Assembly: GCA_913049785.1 (NCBI GenBank)
Contig: CAJWXP010000003.1
Span: 14,890 to 78,889, forward strand
From: an uncultured Dehalococcoidia bacterium
GTDB lineage: Bacteria > Chloroflexota > Dehalococcoidia > Lucifugimonadales > UBA1127
Length of the DNA: 64,000 bases
Direction: 5' to 3'
In this document: piece after piece, positions 61,052 through 64,000 of the stretch
Position numbering within the stretch: position 1 is the stretch's first letter
How the letters are laid out: each line of letters begins with the position of its first letter
Notes under the pieces: generated by a model
The model's input: only the letters and a program-made list of their open reading frames with translations
Told to the model about the DNA's origin: nothing
Databases searched by the model: none
Program-made: the position numbers and the translations under genes

Positions 61052-62185
61052 ATGCAGGAAGTATTTCGTGAAACCGCAAAGGCCCTGGAACGTGGGGAAG
61101 CTTGCGTTCTGGCAACGGTCATCCAGACTGAAGGCTCTACACCCCAAAAGCCCGGCGCCAAGCTTCTTGTGCGTGCAGACGGCAGCGGTGTAGGAACGTT
61201 AGGCGGCGGCTGTGTCGAGGGCGATATCTGGTTTGCAGCAAAGACCTTGCTTCGCAGCGACGGCGCCACGGAAGTCCGTGAGTACGAGCTGACGGAAGAG
61301 ATCGCCGCTCGAGACGGCCTGATCTGCGGCGGCACGATGTACTTTCTCCTAGACCCCATCAGAGAGCCCGGTGATTTCCTGCCCCAGGTCCAGCAAGTGG
61401 AACAGGCCTATGACGGTGGGAAGCCTGTGGGCATCGCCACGCTGGTGGGAACGCCTGAAGACTCGGCTCTTGTTGTTGGCGCAAAGCTCTTCATTCAAGA
61501 GAACGGGGAGACCCAGGGCACCCTCGGCGTTGATGCGCTGGATCATGCAGCCTCCAGTAAAGCGCAGGAGCTCATCGCCTACGGCAAGTGTGAGTACATC
61601 ACTACCAAGGGCGGGTTTGAGATTTTCGTTGAGACGTATACCACGCCTCCCACATTGGTCATCATGGGCGGCGGCCACATCTCCAAGGCGCTGGCAGCGC
61701 TGGCGCAGCCGTTGGGCTACCAGTTCCACATTGTGGACGACCGTCAGGAGTTCGCCAATGCTGAACGGTTCCCTCACGCTGTATCTACCATCGTGGCCGA
61801 CTACGATGTAGGCCTACAAGACATCCCCATGAACGCCAACACGGCTGTTGTAGTGGCCACCAGGGGCCACAAGTACGACGATATGGCCGCAGAGGCCGCT
61901 GTACGCTCTCCCGCGGGCTACGTGGGCATCCTGGGCAGCAAGCGCAAGAACCTGCTCATCTATGAAGAGTTGTTCCGCAAAGGTATCCCTGATGAGCGTA
62001 TCCGCGCTGTTCGAGCGCCTGTAGGCCTCGATCTTGGAGGTCGCACACCGGAAGAGATCGCCCTCAGCATCATGGCTGAGATCGTAGCTGTCCGCCTGGG
62101 TGGCAGCGGCGCCTCGCTTCAGATGGATGAGCGCCTGTTCGATATCGCCCGGGAAAAGGGCAAGGCCGTATCCACCGGGAGGTAA
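61052..62185 (+). CDS. XdhC/CoxI-family molybdoenzyme maturation factor
   Basis: ATVIQTEGSTPQKPGAKLLV..DG...GTLGGGCVEGD plus a C-terminal Rossmann-like XdhC_C domain (LVIMGGGHISKAL). Confidence 0.85.
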   Translation: MQEVFRETAKALERGEACVLATVIQTEGSTPQKPGAKLLVRADGSGVGTLGGGCVEGDIWFAAKTLLRSDGATEVREYELTEEIAARDGLICGGTMYFLLDPIREPGDFLPQVQQVEQAYDGGKPVGIATLVGTPEDSALVVGAKLFIQENGETQGTLGVDALDHAASSKAQELIAYGKCEYITTKGGFEIFVETYTTPPTLVIMGGGHISKALAALAQPLGYQFHIVDDRQEFANAERFPHAVSTIVADYDVGLQDIPMNANTAVVVATRGHKYDDMAAEAAVRSPAGYVGILGSKRKNLLIYEELFRKGIPDERIRAVRAPVGLDLGGRTPEEIALSIMAEIVAVRLGGSGASLQMDERLFDIAREKGKAVSTGR

Positions 62186-62187
62186 GG

Positions 62188-62787
62188 GTGCCAGGCATCA
62201 CCGCAATCCTCCTGGCCGCCGGTGAATCTTCCCGCATGGGCCAACCCAAACCCCTACTTCCCTGGGGAGACCTTCCCCTCATCCAGTACCAACTGGCATC
62301 CCTCAGCGAAGCCAGTGCCTCCCCTATTGTCGTAGTGCTTGGCCACAACGCCGAGGACATCGCTCCCTACGTCGAAAGCTCTCCCACGCTCCAGACGGTA
62401 ATCAACCCCGATTATGCTGAAGGCAAGACGACGTCCATTCGACTCGGCGTCTCCCAGGTTCGCGACGATGTGGACGGCATACTGCTTCTGGCGGTAGACC
62501 AGCCCCGTCCCGCTGACCTTGTGCGACGAGTCATCGAGGAACACCTGCGCTCCGGCGCTCTCATCACCCATCCCACCTACAACGGGCGAGGCGGCCACCC
62601 CATCATCTTCGCAGGGTCACTCAAGGGTGAATTGCTGGCCATCACTGAGGAACAACAGGGCATCAGGGAAGTGGTAGGTCACCATCAGGACAACATACGA
62701 ACGGTAGCGGTGGAATCGCCCATCGCGCGGGTGGACCTGAACACGATGGACGACTACGAAAGCGCGCTGCGGGAATTTGGGCCGTAA
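62188..62787 (+). CDS. mocA: molybdenum cofactor cytidylyltransferase-like nucleotidyltransferase
   Basis: ITAILLAAGESSRMGQPKPLLPW N-terminal motif. Adjacent to xdhC with a 2-nt gap. Confidence 0.8.
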   Translation: MPGITAILLAAGESSRMGQPKPLLPWGDLPLIQYQLASLSEASASPIVVVLGHNAEDIAPYVESSPTLQTVINPDYAEGKTTSIRLGVSQVRDDVDGILLLAVDQPRPADLVRRVIEEHLRSGALITHPTYNGRGGHPIIFAGSLKGELLAITEEQQGIREVVGHHQDNIRTVAVESPIARVDLNTMDDYESALREFGP

Positions 62788-62890
62788 CCGTAGCTACGTA
62801 GGGCGTTTTGACACTCGGTAGGCCCTATACTATCCTTGATTCGGCGTCTATCCGGCAGATTCGAGGACAGATTGCAACCTGGAATACAGA

Positions 62891-62923
62891 GGAGAGGCGT
62901 GTACCGCATGCTTCTCCTTTTTT
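62891..62923 (+). terminator. rho-independent terminator after mocA
   Basis: 11-bp stem GGAGAGGCGUG / CGCAUGCUUCUCC-type pairing (two G-U pairs), 5-nt loop, then TTTTTT. Lies inside the ORF-track N-terminal extension of ispD. Confidence 0.7.
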
Positions 62924-62927
62924 ACGG

Positions 62928-63644
62928 ATGTGGAGAGTAACCGTGGCCGGTCGAGTCGGTGTCATCTTGGTTGGAGCAGGCACAAGCCGTCGCATGGAGG
63001 GGATAGACAAGGTGTTTGCCCCTCTCCGAGGCAGGCCTCTCTTGGACTGCACCCTTGGCGTCCTGGCATCTGTGCCGGAAGTAGCAGCCGGAGTCATTGT
63101 GATTTCAGAGCAGGGATTCGCCCAAGGCCAGGAAGTGCTGACGCGCAGGGGTTGGACGGTAGGCTGGAACCTGTGTATCGGCGGCGCACGTCGACAGGAC
63201 TCCGTACGGCTGGGGTTGGAGAAGCTTAGCAACGTGGAGTGGGTCATCATCCATGATGTTGCTCGTCCATGCATAGACCAGGACACGATATATCGAGGGC
63301 TGGAAGCGGCAAAGGAGACCGGTGCCGCTGTAGCCGCTGTTCCTGTGACGGACACCATCAAGTCTGTAGACGAGGAGCATCGCGTAGTGGACACCCTGGA
63401 TCGCTCCACGCTCTGGGCAGTACAGACGCCTCAGGTGTTTCGACGAGACCTGCTGGAAGCAGCGTTCGCCGACAGCAACGATGATGCCACGGACGAGGCG
63501 ACGCTCCTGGAGCGCATGGGTCATACCATCAAAGTATTCCAGGGCGATTACGGCAACATCAAGGTGACTACGCCTCAGGATCTGGCGATGGCAGAGGCTA
63601 TCCTGGCGTCCAGAGTCACCCCGGAGGTGCTGCCATCCGCATAG
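62928..63644 (+). CDS. ispD: 2-C-methyl-D-erythritol 4-phosphate cytidylyltransferase
   Basis: VILVGAGTSRRM, GGARRQDSV, HDVARP and VPVTDTIK motifs. Start at ATG 62928 or GTG 62943 (GGAGAG SD). Confidence 0.85.
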   Translation: MWRVTVAGRVGVILVGAGTSRRMEGIDKVFAPLRGRPLLDCTLGVLASVPEVAAGVIVISEQGFAQGQEVLTRRGWTVGWNLCIGGARRQDSVRLGLEKLSNVEWVIIHDVARPCIDQDTIYRGLEAAKETGAAVAAVPVTDTIKSVDEEHRVVDTLDRSTLWAVQTPQVFRRDLLEAAFADSNDDATDEATLLERMGHTIKVFQGDYGNIKVTTPQDLAMAEAILASRVTPEVLPSA

Positions 63645-64000
63645 GCACCGGGTATGACATCCATCGCCTGGTGGAAGGCCGTCCGCTGGTGCTGGGGGGC
63701 GTGACAGTGCCCTTCGAGAAAGGCCTCCTGGGGCACAGTGACGGCGATGCCCTTCTCCATGCTGTAATCGACGCGCTGTTGGGCGCAGCTGGCCTAGGAG
63801 ACATCGGCGCGCAGTTCCCGTCCAGCGATCCAGCCTTCAAGGACGCTGACAGCACACACCTCCTGCGTCAGGTTGCCAAGCTCATTCGTGACCACGGGTG
63901 GAGGCTGGTCAACCTGGATGCTACAATCATCGTCGAACAGCCAGTCATGAAGCCGTATCTGGAACCCATGCGACAGTGCATTGCCACTTGCCTCGCCGTG
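63635..64000 (+). CDS. ispF: 2-C-methyl-D-erythritol 2,4-cyclodiphosphate synthase (3' end outside window; no canonical start codon)
   Basis: (I)RIGTGYDIHRLVEGRPLVLGGV...GLLGHSDGDALLHAVIDALLGAAGLGDIG..FP. The frame is open from 69 nt upstream without ATG/GTG/TTG. The first plausible codon is ATC 63635, overlapping the ispD stop. Confidence 0.8.
   Translation, partial: MRIGTGYDIHRLVEGRPLVLGGVTVPFEKGLLGHSDGDALLHAVIDALLGAAGLGDIGAQFPSSDPAFKDADSTHLLRQVAKLIRDHGWRLVNLDATIIVEQPVMKPYLEPMRQCIATCLAV

Noticed and set aside
61052-62787. xdhC-mocA as markers of a selenium-dependent molybdenum hydroxylase trait (YqeB/YqeC-like), which would tie in with the Sec candidates.
   Set aside because: The XdhC here has the ordinary two-domain ~377-aa architecture. 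No yqeC-like gene, selD or hydroxylase subunits are in the window. The link would be pure speculation.
1-64000. tRNA (including tRNA-Sec), tmRNA, SRP RNA and rRNA genes, prophage or integrase genes.
   Set aside because: Scanning intergenic regions by eye for T-loop (GGTTCGAATCC-like) and other hallmark blocks gave no convincing hit. The GGGGATTCGATCC at about 23468 lies inside the Asp-box CDS. No integrase, transposase or phage structural genes were recognised. A tRNAscan/Infernal run is needed for certainty.

Overview
GC-rich bacterial chromosomal segment with about 60 credible protein genes, one RNase P RNA, and no rRNA, tRNA, CRISPR array or intact mobile element. The gene content suggests a Chloroflexota / SAR202-like marine lineage. 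This is inference only, based on paralogous LLM/F420-type oxidoreductases, a deazaflavin (DDN) nitroreductase, ring-cleavage and decarboxylase enzymes, C-terminally anchored exoproteins and a GAAC-N4-GTTC SOS box.

Recognisable blocks:
- Aromatic-catabolism-like genes with a truncated globin (0.6-5.1 kb).
- Two divergent LLM oxidoreductases (7.1-9.3 kb).
- hisZ-hisG-hisD-hisC-hisB plus birA (11.8-18.3 kb).
- rnpB (18.8-19.2 kb) and queF.
- An extracytoplasmic cluster of serine protease, coiled-coil protein, Asp-box protein, family-5 binding protein and two permeases (21-31 kb).
- A SOS-regulated imuB-dnaE2 cassette next to an SRAP gene (37.9-43.2 kb).
- apt, lipB, an EVE-nfo operon, Leu dehydrogenase, an ABC-2 exporter and rnc.
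- A second peptide-type ABC set without a binding protein (56.9-60.9 kb).
- xdhC-mocA and ispD-ispF.

Main leads:
1. Two unrelated genes, a DsbA/Rv2466c-like oxidoreductase and a DUF3179 protein, each carry an in-frame TGA exactly where the first Cys of their CxxC motif should be. Each TGA is followed 16-17 nt later by a small hairpin, making both candidate selenoproteins.
2. The imuB-dnaE2 cassette lacks imuA and has a tiny translationally coupled Trp-rich ORF. Its SOS box sits in the promoter spacer.
3. A bipartite palindromic element starts directly at the stop codon of at least six genes, always co-oriented with the gene.
4. Several AT-rich islets hold decayed or orphan genes.

Hand-derived coordinates of non-ORF features are anchored on ORF-track boundaries but may be off by 1-2 nt.
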